Positions 63,071 to 64,000 of a DNA stretch of 64,000 nt are shown one piece after another. The number at the start of each line of letters is the position of its first letter. The stretch's first letter is position 1. The DNA is taken from the NCBI GenBank assembly GCA_036172245.1, contig JAYWIR010000012.1:4030001-4094000 (forward strand), given 5' to 3'. The notes under the pieces are model-generated. The model ran no database searches and was not told the DNA's origin. It saw only the letters and a list, made by a program, of their open reading frames with translations. Made by a program: the position numbers and the translations under genes. The stretch comes from Raillietiella orientalis (taxonomy: Eukaryota).

Positions 63071-64000
63071 CAGCGGTCACCGTCCTGCTGTTCTACCCCT
63101 CCCCCTCCTTCCCGCAAGCTGGAGATCGCACAGACACCCACCGTCTCGCTCCTCTTCTGCGACTAGTAGCGCCGAAGAGCATTTCCGGATACGGCAATCC
63201 GCTTTCTCACGCTGCCTACCTACGCGAAGAGAGATGAAGAGAAAAAGGACATCACCCGAAGAATTCATTCCCGCTTTTTTTCTCGCCATCGGGAGTGCCC
63301 ACAAAAAGTACCATCTTTGTGTGGTGGACTGAGCTAGGCGCGGCGGTTGCAGCCTGGCCCTACGGGAAGGAGGCGAACCACGCGCATCTGCCGCCGCTAT
63401 GCCTTGCGCTGCGGTCTCCCCTCCCCTGTCCTCTCCCTACAGCCGCATAAACCTGCGGGTCTCCAGGCGTCCCCCCACCTCCCTTCGCTCCTGCCAAACT
63501 GGCTCCAGGTTTCCGCAGCGGTGAGGAACGCTTCGACGCGACGGACAGCGAAGAGGAAGAGGACGTCGAGGGAGAGGGACTGTCGAACACGGCGATACTC
63601 GCGTCCTGCGGATGAGGGGAGGCAATCCAGCAGCACACTGTAGCCGCGAATTTCTTGCAGTAGATCGAAAGACCACAAGGTGGCGGCTACGTCCCATCTC
63701 TCGCCGTCATCTCTCAGTCCGTTGACGTTTCAACAGGCGATTCCCTGCAGTAAGGCTGGGAAGGTGGAGTGCTAGCATCCGTTGCTTAAGAGGGCGGGAT
63801 GCTGCCGGGAAGGATGAGGCACCTGAGGCATCTGTGAGGCCTCCATCCCTTCCACCCTCTCCTCTTCCGCGTGTGAGCGTGGGACTTTCTCGGGGGGCGA
63901 GTCCTGCGTTCCTACTCTCATCGCACTATCGCTTCCAGAGACAGGCTCTTCCCCTTCGACGGGGTAGATTCTCCTCTTCGGAGTCGTGGATTTGTGTCCA

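Overview
Eukaryotic, invertebrate-like genomic DNA (about 50-nt introns with TTTCAG/TTTTAG acceptors, and a sulfakinin-type neuropeptide gene), with sharply alternating GC-rich and AT-rich blocks. The most unusual structure is at 0.27-6.35 kb. Two intronless, clearly paralogous but well-diverged ORFs of a family I do not recognise point away from each other. Their upstream regions are the two arms of an apparently perfect 609-bp inverted repeat (1941-2549 / 3952-4560) around a 1.4-kb pyrimidine-rich spacer, and arm identity stops at a TATA + initiator-like site. Recognisable genes: an intact ADAL/MAPDA-type adenosine deaminase-like gene (29714-30838) and a sulfakinin-like prepropeptide with unusual His-less peptides (37188-37661, minus strand). 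A C2H2 zinc-finger gene and a long multi-exon gene of unknown product are both broken by frameshifts or stops. Much of the rest is decayed retroelements: an L1/Tx1-like LINE family (at least 6 pieces, nested three deep at 55-62 kb, with a conserved 3' stem-loop), an RLE-type (R2/NeSL-like) LINE relic, other LINE and gypsy-like relics, and two tRNA-derived SINE-like sequences. Most GC-rich sequence at 33-55 kb has no coding signal I can support. All family calls come from motif recognition by eye; no searches were run.
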